Positions 51,908 through 63,100 of a stretch of DNA of 64,000 nucleotides are shown one piece after another (position 1 is the stretch's first letter; each line of letters opens with the position of its first letter). Source of the DNA: Ignavibacteriota bacterium (GTDB taxonomy: Bacteria; Bacteroidota; Ignavibacteria; UBA10030). Where the stretch lies: NCBI GenBank assembly GCA_963778945.1, contig CAVZWL010000014.1, forward strand, positions 152,387 through 216,386. The letters run 5' to 3'. A program made the position numbers and the translations under genes. The notes below the pieces were generated by a model that was not told the origin of the DNA, did no database searches, and saw nothing but the letters and a program-made list of their open reading frames with translations.

Positions 51908-51948
51908 TTTTTATATCTCCTGCATCAAACCAATGAAAGAATACGGAA

Positions 51949-52899
51949 TCAATCACTCGCGTTAAGACTTCCCTTGGGCGACCTATTCCTATCATCACTA
52001 TTGAAAAAATAATCTATCGGGTTTTGTGCTACTCCGTTCAAACGGACTTCATAATGCAGATGCGGAGCTGAAGAGAGGCCGGTATTACCAGAGCGTGCAA
52101 TCAGCTGCCCGCGCCGGACAATCTGTCCTTCATGTACCAGGATTTTCGATAGATGGCCGTATACTGTTTTCAACGAGTATCCATGGTTGACTTCCAGCAC
52201 GATGCCAAAGCCTGTCTGATGACCGGCAAAGTCTACGGTTCCGTCGGCAGATGCATAAACAGGCGTACCTGTCATATTCGAGATATCAAGACCTTCATGC
52301 ATACGATAAATATGAAGAATCGGATGCAGTCTCATTCCAAATCCTTGAAGTGAATAATATCCCTCCATTGGTTTAATAGCAGGCAAATGAGAAAATCGGT
52401 CTTTATTTTTTTCTACAGTCTGCTCGACAGCATCATAGCTTGCTTTCTGAAGGTGCATCTCACCCTCCGTCTTATCGATTACAGCATGCAAATTATTCAG
52501 CAAGTCATTAATCTTCGTCGAGGAAGAAAAATCGATGCGGTTTTCAGTTCCGCCGATACCTGCCTTTCGTACGTCTTCATTGATCTTCGGTAAGTCTGCA
52601 AGCAACCGGAGTTCGTTTCCTTGGTCGCCCAGTTTATCGAGTGTTTTTTCGTCTTTTTCAAGCCGGCTGCCGAGATAGGCCAGCTGGTCCATAAGAATCT
52701 TATTTTCATTTGCGAGCGCGCTTTGCTGCCAGTATGAGAGACGCAAAAAATCGCCGTAATATTGATTGATCACGACAGTGGCGCTGATCAAACCAAATCC
52801 AAGCACGATACCGAGGATAATCAGCTTGGTTCTCCCCCATCGAATTTCTTTAAATTCGACGGACTGAGATGAATATCTATACAGCGGTAAACGTGCCAT
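51949..52899 (-). CDS. M23-family metallopeptidase (LytM-like) with an N-terminal TM and coiled coil
   Basis: ..HEGLDISNMTGTPVYASADGTV..GFGIVLEVNHG..TVYGHL..GNTGLSSAPHLHYEV. Confidence 0.85.
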   Translation of the reverse strand: MARLPLYRYSSQSVEFKEIRWGRTKLIILGIVLGFGLISATVVINQYYGDFLRLSYWQQSALANENKILMDQLAYLGSRLEKDEKTLDKLGDQGNELRLLADLPKINEDVRKAGIGGTENRIDFSSSTKINDLLNNLHAVIDKTEGEMHLQKASYDAVEQTVEKNKDRFSHLPAIKPMEGYYSLQGFGMRLHPILHIYRMHEGLDISNMTGTPVYASADGTVDFAGHQTGFGIVLEVNHGYSLKTVYGHLSKILVHEGQIVRRGQLIARSGNTGLSSAPHLHYEVRLNGVAQNPIDYFFNSDDRNRSPKGSLNASD

Positions 52900-52993
52900 A
52901 TATGTACATGTCGCTTTTTAATATTTAAAATTCTAGTTTCTGCGCAGGGTGAAGATAGGAAATTATTATTCTTTTGTCAAGATTATTGCGCAT

Positions 52994-54002
52994 TTATTCA
53001 AAATCGTGATCGAAATAATCAATAACTCTTTTTCCTTTCGTTTTTTCCGTAATTGCAGCATCTAACCGGCGTGCGAAAGCTTTTGCCGCATCATATCCGT
53101 AATGTTTCGATAGATAATCCAGCGCGACGACTTCAATGATAACTGTAATGTTTTTTCCCGGGAATATGGGAAGTTTTATATGCGGCATATTAACACCTAG
53201 AATCCCAATACTTTCATGATCAAGACCTGTCCGTGTATATTCAATATTTGGGTCCCATTCCTTAAGTTCTACAATAATCTCGATTCTCTTTTGATATCGG
53301 ATAGAACGAATGCCGAATGTAGCCCGAACGTCGATCAATCCCAATCCCCGAATTTCCATAAAATGTTTCACAACATCGGAACCCGAACCGATGAGAATAT
53401 TTTCACTCTTGCGAACGATCATGACGACATCGTCGGCAACAAGCCGATGTCCCCGCTCGACCAGATCAAGAGCAATCTCGCTTTTCCCAATACCGGAACG
53501 GCCGGTGATCAATACGCCGATGCCATAGACATCGATGAATGAGCCATGAAGAACGGTTTGCGGTGCAAACTGATCGTCCAGAAAGTCGCCTGACATAATA
53601 GACAAGCTTTGTCGTTTCAAAGGGTGAAAGAAAAACCGAAACATGTTTTTCCGTAGCGATCCGGACTAATTCTTGGTCAAGTTCGTTGTCACTCGTAACT
53701 ATAATACAAGGAAGATCAAAACTAAAGATTGTTTCAAAAACATGCAGCCGCTCCTGTTTACTCAGGTGATTCAGGTACCGCATTTCAGTATTGCCAAAGA
53801 TCTGGACACGGTCATACGTAAACAATTCGACATAGCCCGCAAGAGCCAGTCCGGGACGATGGATGTTTTTGTCCCGGATTTCCTTCTCAAACCCCACCTC
53901 TCCGTTCAGTGTCCTCAGCTTGAGCCGCTCTTTATTGACTTCGTATAAGAATCCGACGGTAATGCTTTTTTTCTGAGTTTCTTTGATGTGGTTCAGCGGC
54001 AT
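52994..54002 (-). CDS. hprK: HPr kinase/phosphorylase, one frameshift near 53600-53640
   Basis: The N-terminal domain lies in ORF 53466..54002. The catalytic part in ORF 52994..53644 has ..LHGSFIDVYGIGVLITGRSGIGKSEIALDLVERGHRLVADD (P-loop) ..FMEIRGLGLIDV. Confidence 0.85.
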
Positions 54003-54014
54003 ACAGTTTCCTTT

Positions 54015-54347
54015 CTATTCTTTCTCCCGTGCTTTCCGCACTATTTTTCTATCTTTCGAGTGAAGTTTATCTTTATATTTCTTGAGCTGTACAAGGGCCT
54101 TCTCCATTGCGTAATCGATGGATTTTGTATACTCATCGCTCTTTCCCAGCGCAGTCAGAACGGATCCGTAAACGGAAATAGTAATTTCCGCAATTTTTCC
54201 ATCCTTATGTTTTTTTTCGTAGGAAAGAATGACATCTGCTTTAATAATACCGTCATAGAAGTGGTTGAGCTTTTCTAACATTTCTTCGGTATAGGCAATG
54301 AGCGAATCATGCGCCTTAAAATGACGTGCCGTTACTTTGATCTGCAT
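54015..54347 (-). CDS. hpf: Ribosome hibernation promoting factor (short HPF/RaiA type)
   Basis: MQIKVTARHFKAHDSLIAYTEEMLEKLNHFYDGIIKADVILS.., 110 aa. Confidence 0.85.
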   Translation of the reverse strand: MQIKVTARHFKAHDSLIAYTEEMLEKLNHFYDGIIKADVILSYEKKHKDGKIAEITISVYGSVLTALGKSDEYTKSIDYAMEKALVQLKKYKDKLHSKDRKIVRKAREKE

Positions 54348-54373
54348 AGACGTCCTCCTTCATGAGCCGATGG

Positions 54374-55267
54374 TTAGGCTTTTGGATGCGTATCTTGATA
54401 AATTTTTTTTAAACGTGAAGTTGAAACATGGGTATATACCTGCGTTGTCGATAAACTTTCATGCCCCAGGAGTTCTTTGACCGCCTGCAAATCGGCGCCG
54501 CGATTTAAAAGATGAGTTGCAAATGTATGACGCAGCATGTGCGGACTCTTTTTTTGTATTTCCGATACCGCTCCTACATATTTTTTTACAATACGCCGAA
54601 CAGCCTGTGGATAGATGCGCTGCGTATTATTAGCAGCAAACATCGGCAATCGGGCATGTGCAGGGCTGTTCGATACATCCGTGCGTGTCTGTAAATAGCA
54701 AGACAATGCCTCGGCAGCTTTCTTTCCGACAGGTATAATTCTCTCTTTACTGCCTTTTCCCTTTACTTTAATCACCCCTTGCGTTTCGCTGTAATCTCCC
54801 ACGGAAAGAGCGACAAGTTCTCCGACCCGGATACCTGTACCATAGAGAAGTTCAAGGATTGCGGAATCGCGTTTTCCTTCATCGGTCGTGCAGTCCGGAA
54901 GATGGAGAACCTCATCCATCGTATGTTCATCAAGAAATTGCGGCAAGATGTTTCGGCATCCGAGGAGTCACCAAAAGCACAGCCGGATTTGCGGAAATAA
55001 TTTCTTGCCGTTTAAGAAATTTAAAGAAGGACCGCAGCGCAGCAATTTTGCGTGCAACGCTTCTCGGCTGAAATCCATCATCCATGAGCATTCCTATGAA
55101 CAAGCGCAGACTGTCTTTCTTAACCTCGGCAAATTCATCCGAATACCCTCTTTTTGAAGAAATTGCAGAAACGCTGTCAAATCCGTTTCATAGGAAAGGA
55201 TGGTATGCGGAGAATAATTCTTTTGAATTTCCAAATACTCCAGAAATTTTCGCAGTTGATGCTGCAT
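54374..55267 (-). CDS. Tyrosine recombinase XerC/XerD-type, N-terminal SAM-like domain broken by about 2 frameshifts
   Basis: The catalytic half is intact (..GIRVGELVAL..KGSKERIIPV..HMLRHTFATHLL..LGHESLSTTQVYTHV). The N-terminus by hand translation is MQHQLRKFLEYLEIQKNYSPHTILSYETDLTAFLQFL.., with the ATG at 55267 directly after the topA stop. Confidence 0.8.
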
Positions 55268-55268
55268 A

Positions 55269-57531
55269 TTATGCCGATTCAGCGAGTTCTGTTTGAACGA
55301 CTTCTTGTTTGCATGCTGGACACATCAAATAGTCACCTTTCATTTTCGAATATTTTGATACGATGTATGCGTTGTGACATGTCGGACATGCCTGATTTAC
55401 CGGCTTATCCCATGATGCAAAATCGCAATCCGGATACCGAGAGCATCCGTAGAAAACACGTTTCCCCTTTTTCGTCTTTCGTTCAACAAGTTCTCCTTGT
55501 GTACACTTCGGACATTTTATTCCCATCGAGATCGGCTTTGTATTCTTGCATGCCGGATAATTCGAACAGCCGAGAAATGTTCCAAAACGCCCTCCTTTCA
55601 CGACCATATCTCCGCCGCACAATTCGCATTTTCCGCCGACGACGTGCTGATGTTTTTGTGCATCTTCTGCAAGCGGCTTGGTATTCTTGCACTCCGGATA
55701 TCCCGAACATGCCATAAATCTTCCGTTCCGGCCCCATTTAATCACCATCGGCTTGCCGCATAATTCGCACAATTCCTCGGTAGTGGTTTGGAGCGACTTT
55801 TTAATACTCCCGGCAAGACTGGATGCTTTTTCCACCGAATGATAAAATGGCTCATAAAAATCCTGCATAACTTTTATATATTCCTGTTTCCCGGATGCTA
55901 TCGTATCGAGTTCATTTTCCATACGGGCAGTAAATTGGATATTGACAATTTCCGGAAAATGGCTGATCAAGAGATTATTGACTTGCATTCCCAGGTCTGT
56001 GGCAAACAATTTTCTTTCTTTTTGCTCCACGTAATTCCTGTCAATAACAGTAGAAACGATTAAAGCATATGTGCTCGGGCGTCCGATGCCCAAAGATTCC
56101 AATTCCTTCACGAGGCTTGCTTCCGTATAGCGTGCCGGCGGTTTGGTAAAATGTTGGCGGGGCAGCACATCGCTGATTGCAGTTCTTTGTCCGTGAACCA
56201 GATGTTCGGGAAGTTTTGAAGTCGGATCACCATCCTCATTTTCAGAGGTATTCTCTTCGCAATATCGTCATAGACTTGAAGAAATCCTCTAAACTTGGCC
56301 TTCTGATCCGTAGCCCGGAACAAGTAGTCGCCTCCTTCGACATCGATTGAAATTTGCTCGAACTCCGCAGGATTCATTTGACAGGCAACAAACCGGTTCC
56401 AAATCAGCTCGTAAAGAGCATACATGTCTTTATCAAGATATTTCTTTATTGTTTTGGGCGCATATTTTATTGAAGTCGGACGGATGGCTTCATGTGCATC
56501 CTGCGAAGATTTTCCTTTTTTGAAAAGACGCGATTCTTTCGGTACATATTCTTTACCGTAGTTATTATAGATATATTCTCTCACCTGTGCGACGGCTTCC
56601 TCGCTCAGACGCGTCGAATCCGTTCGCATATACGTAATAAGTCCTGTCGGACCTTCGTCGCCGATATTGACTCCCTCATAAAGCTTTTGTGCAAGTATCA
56701 TAGTACGCTTTGTAGACATTCGCAGCCTGCGTGCCGCTTCCTGCTGCAGGGTACTGGTAATAAACGGGGCCGGCGGGTTGCGCTTTACGTACACGGCGAT
56801 TAATAGCTCCGATTGTGAATTGCTGCTTCGGGATATCTTCCAGATATCCTTTCATCGTCGTTTCATCGGGAATCCGCGGATCTTCGCCGCGCAACCTTTG
56901 TAAGCTTTGCAAGGAATTTTTCTTCGTCGAGCGTCCTGAATTCCGCTGTGATCGACCAGTATTCTTCCGGAACGAAATTCCTGATCAGCACTTCTCTGTC
57001 GCAAATGATGCGTACGGTAACGGATTGTACTCTTCCGGCAGAAAGTCCGTAATACATCGTCTTCCATATGAATGGAGTGACTTTATAACCGACGATGCGG
57101 TCAAGCGCCCGCCGTGGCCTGCTGCGACATAACCAGGTGCTGATCAATTTTTTTGGGATGCGCCATGCCGTCTTTAACGCCGCTTTCCGTAATCTCGTGG
57201 AAAAGGACGCGCTTAATATTTTTATTGATACCTTTCAGTTCGCTCGGCTATATGTGCAGCAATTGCTTCCCCTTCCCGATCAGGGTCAGTTGCAATAAAG
57301 ACAGTTTTCGCTTTCTCAGCATGTGTTCGTAATTTTTCTATGACCGATTCTTTCCCTGCAATCGTTTCATACGAAACCTCGAAAGCCGTTTTCGACATCG
57401 ACGCTCAGTTTGCTTTTCGGTAAATTCTTAATATGGCCGACCGAAGCCTCGACGATATAATCTTTTCCGAGATATTTGTTGATGGTTTTTGCTTTTGCAG
57501 GAGATTCAACGATTAATAATGATTTTTCCAT
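55269..57531 (-). pseudogene. topA: DNA topoisomerase I, shredded into at least 8 pieces as sequenced
   Basis: [44 protein letters not shown].. and ..IATDPDREGEAIAAHI (hand translation). Then RALDRIVGYKVTPFIW..LSAGRVQS, ..ITYMRTDSTRLS.. (active-site Tyr region), ..RPSTYA.., and a C-terminal array of four CxxC..CxxC zinc ribbons in ORF 55269..56168. Confidence 0.9.
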
Positions 57532-57555
57532 AATTCCTATATTTAATGAATAGTA

Positions 57556-57992
57556 TCATTTGAGCCGAAGGGCAACATACAGCTCGTGCGTGCCAGGATC
57601 CAATAAATGCATGCGCGACCAGGGATTTCATTTCGGAAATTCCCAGCGAAGGAAGTCCGGATCCCATAATGCGATCAATCACCGATTCGATTTCATCGTT
57701 TCCGAGCAAGCCCAATTGAGAGCACTGGAGCAAATATCCGAAAGCATCCGGCTGGATCATCACGCGCTCTGCATCATTCAACTGCCGGTGAGAAGCCGCT
57801 CCTGCCGGGGTTGTTACCGATAGAATTCTTCAGACCGATCATGCGCTCAAAAATCCAGGAAAATGCCTTCGAAATTTCGTTTTGTGTATAACCGTCGCGC
57901 GTCAACGAACTCATATCGACTTCGTGCAAGTCGTTTATCTGAACGAACTCGATCACGAGATAGACAATAATTTCAACGATTCTTTCCTGCAT
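57556..57992 (-). CDS. smg: Smg (DUF494) protein, about 2 frameshifts
   Basis: MQERIVEIIVYLVIEF..LTRDGYTQNEISKAFSWIFE.. then ..RVMIQPDAFGYLLQCSQLGLLGNDEIESVIDRIM... An alternative frame ends DPGTHELYVALRLK-TGA at 57556. Confidence 0.65.
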
Positions 57993-58424
57993 CTTTTCTT
58001 TCTTTGCGTGGAGTTGAGCATTGATAAATATCGATCTTCGCGTTCATGGATGACGGTTTGTTCGGCAAGCCGTTGCATCATGATATCCAAGCAAATGTAA
58101 AGCGCCATGGATAAGAAGCCGCTGCGTTTCATGCCGAAACGTAACGCCATACTCGGCGGCTTGCCGCCGGGCAGCGTCGAGATTAATATAGAGTTCCGCC
58201 TCTTCGCCCTTTTCTTCGCCGAGATCAAATGTAATAATGTCCGTATCATATTGATGCTGCAAATATTTCCGGTTCATCGCTCGCATCTCTTGAGTATGAG
58301 TAAACACGATGGACATCGTCGGCAGTGTTTTCCGCCCTTCTCCTTTGTAGACGCATTGAAGAACATGAGGGACCAATTCTTTAGGGAATCGCAAAAAAGG
58401 GTGATTATGTGAAACGATAATCAT
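57953..58424 (-). CDS. ybeY: Endoribonuclease YbeY, one frameshift near 58080, 3' end uncertain
   Basis: MIIVSHNHPFL..MSIVFTHTQEMRAMNRKYLQHQYDTDIITFD..ETQRLLIHGALHLLGYHD (the H..H....H zinc motif region). Confidence 0.7.
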
Positions 58425-58961
58425 CCGGATCGTTTTCTCCGTTTCGGAACATTCGAGATGGTCTTTTTCAGCGGCTTTGGAGAGCGGGGGAAGAACCGAT
58501 TCAGTGAGCGATAATGCAATTCCGGACAACATGACTTCGGGCCCCAATCTCGTAAAATCTCCGGATAAAATACTCCGATCGACATTGGCATAGAGAGAGC
58601 ATCCTCCCCCGCGTTCAATCGTCAATCCTGATAATTTCCCGGCCGATTCACCGACAAACGTCACTTCTCCGAGCAATGCGCTGACGACATAACCGGTGCA
58701 ATAATGCAAGCTGAAGATGCGAAGCCGCTGTGTAGACCGAAATGAGATTCCCTTTCGCACGCCGATATCGATATCGGAATATATTTCCATCGAAAGCCGT
58801 CTGCGGCGAGGAGTATTGAGAAGCTCGAAACGCACTCCGTCGCCGATTTTTTTCGGCTGCACTTCTAAAACTCGCGCAATTTTTTTTATGTCGGTTTGTG
58901 TAAATGCAAACTTCATACGATCTTTCTCGTTCAAGCTTTCTTCAGGCAAATATACCTGCAA
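58425..58961 (-). CDS. Hypothetical protein or module, read in frame into ybeY as sequenced
   Basis: About 165-179 aa (MKFAFTQTDIKKIARVLEVQPKKIGDGVRFELLN..SGLTIERGGGCSLYANVDRSIL..). No family recognised, and there is no stop before the YbeY Met. Confidence 0.35.
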
Positions 58962-59880
58962 CCTCTTTGAATGTCAAGTTCAGATGGCAATCGTCGTATT
59001 TTCGATTGCCGCTTCGCATTCCAGCGAATAGCCCCGGCTTCGTGATTTCCTTTTTGCATTTTTTTAAAATATCGTCTACTTTCTCGTCGCTGTGATTTTG
59101 ATCATGATGGAAGAGATACAAACGTTTCGTATTCGATTCTACCGCCACGCGTAATGCAAAAAGATAATCAGAGTGTCCCCATCCCACGCGATCGATATAT
59201 TCTTCAGGCGTATAGGTAGAATCATGAATCAGAACATCGGCATCGCGGCAGAAATCGAAAATTCGCTGGTTCGGATCTCCTTTCAAAGCACGGAATTTAT
59301 CTTTTACAATTTGTTCGAAATTTGTCAGTGAATCCGCTGCGGCGGCATCAAACGGTTCGTTATCACTGATATAGATCAGAACTTTTTTCTTGTATTCAAT
59401 CCTGTACCCGATGGTAAAACCCGGATGATTGACATAGATCATCTTCACGACTGCATCGTACACCTGCATTTCTTGTTCTTCAGTTATCGGCACAAAATTT
59501 ATTTTTGCTTTGAGATCATGCAGCTGCACGGGAAAATAAATTCGATTCATTTGTTCTGCGATGATCTCGTTTAAAGGTTTTTCAGGACGTTCCGTGCCGA
59601 CGATCGTCAGTTCGTTCCCCGGAATGAATGCCGGTTTAAAAAAGGGAAATCCCTGAATATGATCCCAGTGCGGATGAGAGATAAACAAATACGCCTTGAC
59701 AGATTCTCCGCTGTTTATGAGAAAATCGCCGAAACTTCGAATTCCCGTGCCTGCATCAAAAATAAGCAGCCTGTCGTCATCAAGGCTCAATTCCAGACAT
59801 GGTGTATTGCCGCCATAGCGAACGGTATGCTTTCCAGGAGTCGGAATCGACCCCCGAACACCCCAAAATGTGAGCTTCAT
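58942..59880 (-). CDS. MBL-fold metallo-hydrolase
   Basis: MKLTFWGVRGSIPTPG..GGNTPCLEL..LIFDAGTG..LFISHPHWDHIQGFPFF..HDSTY..GHS. GGAAGGAG precedes the ATG at 59880. Confidence 0.7.
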   Translation of the reverse strand: MKLTFWGVRGSIPTPGKHTVRYGGNTPCLELSLDDDRLLIFDAGTGIRSFGDFLINSGESVKAYLFISHPHWDHIQGFPFFKPAFIPGNELTIVGTERPEKPLNEIIAEQMNRIYFPVQLHDLKAKINFVPITEEQEMQVYDAVVKMIYVNHPGFTIGYRIEYKKKVLIYISDNEPFDAAAADSLTNFEQIVKDKFRALKGDPNQRIFDFCRDADVLIHDSTYTPEEYIDRVGWGHSDYLFALRVAVESNTKRLYLFHHDQNHSDEKVDDILKKCKKEITKPGLFAGMRSGNRKYDDCHLNLTFKEVAGIFA

Positions 59881-60424
59881 AGAAACTCCTTCCAATTATA
59901 TCGGTCCTATATTTTTTTGCTTCAATAACATAACTTCGGGCCGATTGTTCAAAAAATGATTTTTCTTCTTGAGTGATCGAACGCCTTATTTTCCCCGGTA
60001 TCCCCGCTACTAATACGCCATCCGGTACCTCGAATTTTTCCGGAACCAACGTCCCGGCGGCAATCATGCTGTAATTGCCTATTCTTGCGCCGTCGAGAAT
60101 ACATGAACCCATTCCGATCAAATTATAATTCCCTATACTGCATCCATGTAAAATGGCGCCATGGCCTATCGTGTTATTTTCACCGATATGGACAGGATAA
60201 TTTTCATGCGTTACATGAATCACGGCGGCATCCTGAATATTCGTGCGCTTCCCGACAGAGATGGAATTTACATCGCCTCGCAAAACCGCATTGAACCATA
60301 TACCGGCATCTTCTTCAATTTCGACATTGCCGATAATCCTTGCACCGTCTGCTAGAAACACAGTCGGATGAATTTTCGGTTCTATACCGTCGTATCTTAT
60401 AATCGAATATGACTTTAATTCCAT
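59780..60424 (-). CDS. Gamma-carbonic-anhydrase-like / hexapeptide-repeat (LbH) protein. The as-sequenced ORF overruns, and the true stop is probably near 59907.
   Basis: ..PKIHPTVFLADGARIIGNVEIEEDAGIWFNAVLRGD..IGKRTNIQDAAVIH..IGHGAILHGCSIG... Adding one base to the T7 run at 59912-59918 gives ..EAKKI-TAG before the next gene's RBS. Confidence 0.8.
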   Translation of the reverse strand: MELKSYSIIRYDGIEPKIHPTVFLADGARIIGNVEIEEDAGIWFNAVLRGDVNSISVGKRTNIQDAAVIHVTHENYPVHIGENNTIGHGAILHGCSIGNYNLIGMGSCILDGARIGNYSMIAAGTLVPEKFEVPDGVLVAGIPGKIRRSITQEEKSFFEQSARSYVIEAKKYRTDIIGRSFYEAHILGCSGVDSDSWKAYRSLWRQYTMSGIEP

Positions 60425-61273
60425 TGCGGCGGATTCCATGAACTTCTCTTCCAGCTTAGCAGTTCGACTTTAACGCTGCCAAGGATGACTTTCATTTTCG
60501 CTTTTATGGGAATACAGGCCTGATCGTTGCTGAACCACCCTTCAAACCCGCCTGTCAGACCGAAAATTCCTGTAAAGTCCGCACGTCCTTCGAAGTGAAC
60601 ACAATCGATCGGGTATTGGACCGAATCAATTTCAATTTTTTCCCTCTCATTGAGAAAATTGATATACGTCTTCAGTTCCTTATTATCGATACACGTAGGA
60701 ACGTACTCCTCTTTTTTCTGGCGGGCATTGCCTCGTGCATAGAAAAACAAAGAGAGCCCATCCTGGCAATGGCCTGACAATTTAGTCGTATCAAATCTTT
60801 CCGGTCTATATTCATCGCCCTTCTTCGTTCCGTTCTCACCACGCAGAGTACTATCTCCGTATTGAAACCATATTTTTCTGTACGTCACTGTTTTTTTTGA
60901 ACTATCTTCGCTCAGCCAGGTACTTGAAAATAAATCTTTATCGATACCGCTGTAAAATCGGATGTGGAGTTCCACAAGCCAGGAGAGACCAGGATTGGAA
61001 TTTATAATTGCTGAGGTATGGTACAATTTCCCGGCCATCGACGCTCTCTTTTGAATTGACCGTCATTCGTATTGTTCCTATGTTAAAAAAAGAATAATGC
61101 ACTCCATAGGTCAATTCTTCCCCGACCTGCATCATGGACCCAATTGATCTTCAGTCAGGACCATATCGCCGGGAATGGCTATCGGCCGGGCGCTGCGCAG
61201 ACCCAGAGGTACAGACTGCAAGAAAGATGCCGCATGTGATGCTGCTCCAGATTATCCATTTTTTCAGAATCAT
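60415..61273 (-). CDS. DUF3108-like secreted protein, about 2 frameshifts
   Basis: Signal peptide MILKKWIIWSSITCGIFLAVCTSGSAQ (hand translation), then ..VGEELTYGVHYSFFNIGTIRMTV.., then ORF 60415..61038. Family call is from memory. Confidence 0.5.
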
Positions 61274-61287
61274 TTATTTTCCCCCGA

Positions 61288-62917
61288 TTATTTTAGATTG
61301 GCTATTTTTTCCGCCTCTGGAAACAATGTCATCGCTTTTTGAAATTGGTTATCCACTTCCAATATCACATCGATATACCCCTCGAGCCCGAAGAGCCACT
61401 GAGCGATCTGTGCCTTTAAGCGGGCTTTGATGAAGGTGAGATCCTCTTGATATTCTTTTTCATTAATCACGATCTTTTTCGTCTCAATATACTTGCGAAA
61501 ATCCTGCAGCGTAGCATCCGATATCTGGAACGACGATTTAAATTTTAACAAATCCTGTCCATATCGAGACCGCACTGAGCTTCCAGGGCCTTCGATATAC
61601 TCTTTTGAATAGTCATAGAATATGTTGCGCCGCCATAGAGTTTGCACGAGTCCCGTTACATTTCCTGATTTGACGACATAATCCGGCGTAATTCCGCCGC
61701 CGCCGAGAACTATGCGGCCTCCGAATGTTTTGAATTTCGGAATTGTGCTGTCGGCTTTTTCATCGTGAGTATGATCGATATTTTCGCCTTCTTGCTCATC
61801 TCTCTGGAACGCTTCCAGTCTGATATTCGTCTTTATTCTTCCCTTCGTACGATCTCTGGATAAGACGCCCGCTCGGAGTATAATAGCGCGCGACAGTAAG
61901 CCGAAATGCAGAACCATCCCTCAGAGGATATTGATGCTGAACCAAACCTTTTCCAAATGTTGTTTCCCCCACGACAAGCCCTCGGTCCCAATCCTGAATT
62001 GCTCCTGTGACGATCTCGCTCGCACTCGCCGTTGCATTGTTAACGAGAATAATCAGCGGAAGTTTCTCATACGGATCTCCCGACTGTGCATAATAAGCTT
62101 CTTCGAATTCCGGCTTCCGGGATTTCGTATAGACAATCGTTCGGGGATGTTCTGCTGTTCCACCCGATAAAAATTGATCCGCCATTTGATACGCTTCCTG
62201 GAGATATCCGCCGCCGTTGTCGCGAAGATCGAGTATCAACCTTTTCATTCCCTGGCCCTGCAATTTTTGGAGCGCTGATGCGAATTCCTCATGTGTCGTT
62301 TCCTTAAATTGATTGACCCGCACATAACCGATATTATCACTGACCATCATGGATGCATCAATGCTGTAGATGGAAATAATATCTCGGATAATTTCAAAAT
62401 CAAGAAGATCTTTTTCACCGATCCGCTTGATCGTAATCTTAACCTTAGTTCCTTTAGGACCTCGCAGTCTCTTCATAACGTCTTGATCGGTATATTTAAT
62501 CGCAGAGGAGTCGTTAATTTTTACGATTCTGTCGTCGGAGAGAACGCCTATGCGCGCAGAAGGACCGCCTGCGATCGGTTCAATAACGGTTATCGTATCG
62601 TTGATGACGCGGAAAGAAATTCCAACGCCTTCAAATTTTCCCTTAAAATCCTCAACCACTTTTTCAAATTGTTTCGGCGGAATATAGACTGAATGAGGAT
62701 CGAGAGAATTCAGCATGCCGACAATGGCAGCATCCGTTAATTTACCGGTATCGACTTCGTCGACATAATTTTTTTCTACGAAGCTCAGGATATCTCCGAA
62801 CTTGCGTATCTGATCATAAAGATTATCGGCGGAGATCAGACGATTAATTCCCATCCCGGCAATCATACTTACGATAATCAAAGCACATACTGTAATTGTA
62901 GAAAATCTTTTTTTCAT
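61288..62917 (-). CDS. Carboxy-terminal processing (S41, Ctp/Prc-type) peptidase, one frameshift near 61800-61920
   Basis: An N-terminal TM, a PDZ domain (..GVGISF..GGPSARIGVLSDDRIVKIN..) and the catalytic ..LILDLRDNGGGYL..LVNNATASASEIV..TFGKGLVQ. Confidence 0.85.
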
Positions 62918-63100
62918 AATTAAATTCCTTGCAGATACTATCCAGTGCAGATCAGACAATCGCAGACGGTACTGCCTTTTCTTCTGATCCATTCTCTTTC
63001 TCCCTTTTACTCATTTTTGCAATAATACGTTAATTCACGACAAAATCAAATCGCTTCGGATATACATATCACTTTTTAACGCGAATTTGAGCGAAAAGAT

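Noticed and set aside
54374-55267. Tyrosine recombinase as a marker of an integrative mobile element
   Set aside because: It has XerC/XerD-like architecture and sits between topA and hpf/hprK. There is no tRNA target, no direct repeats, no phage or conjugation genes, and no visible compositional shift. It was read as the chromosomal dimer-resolution recombinase.
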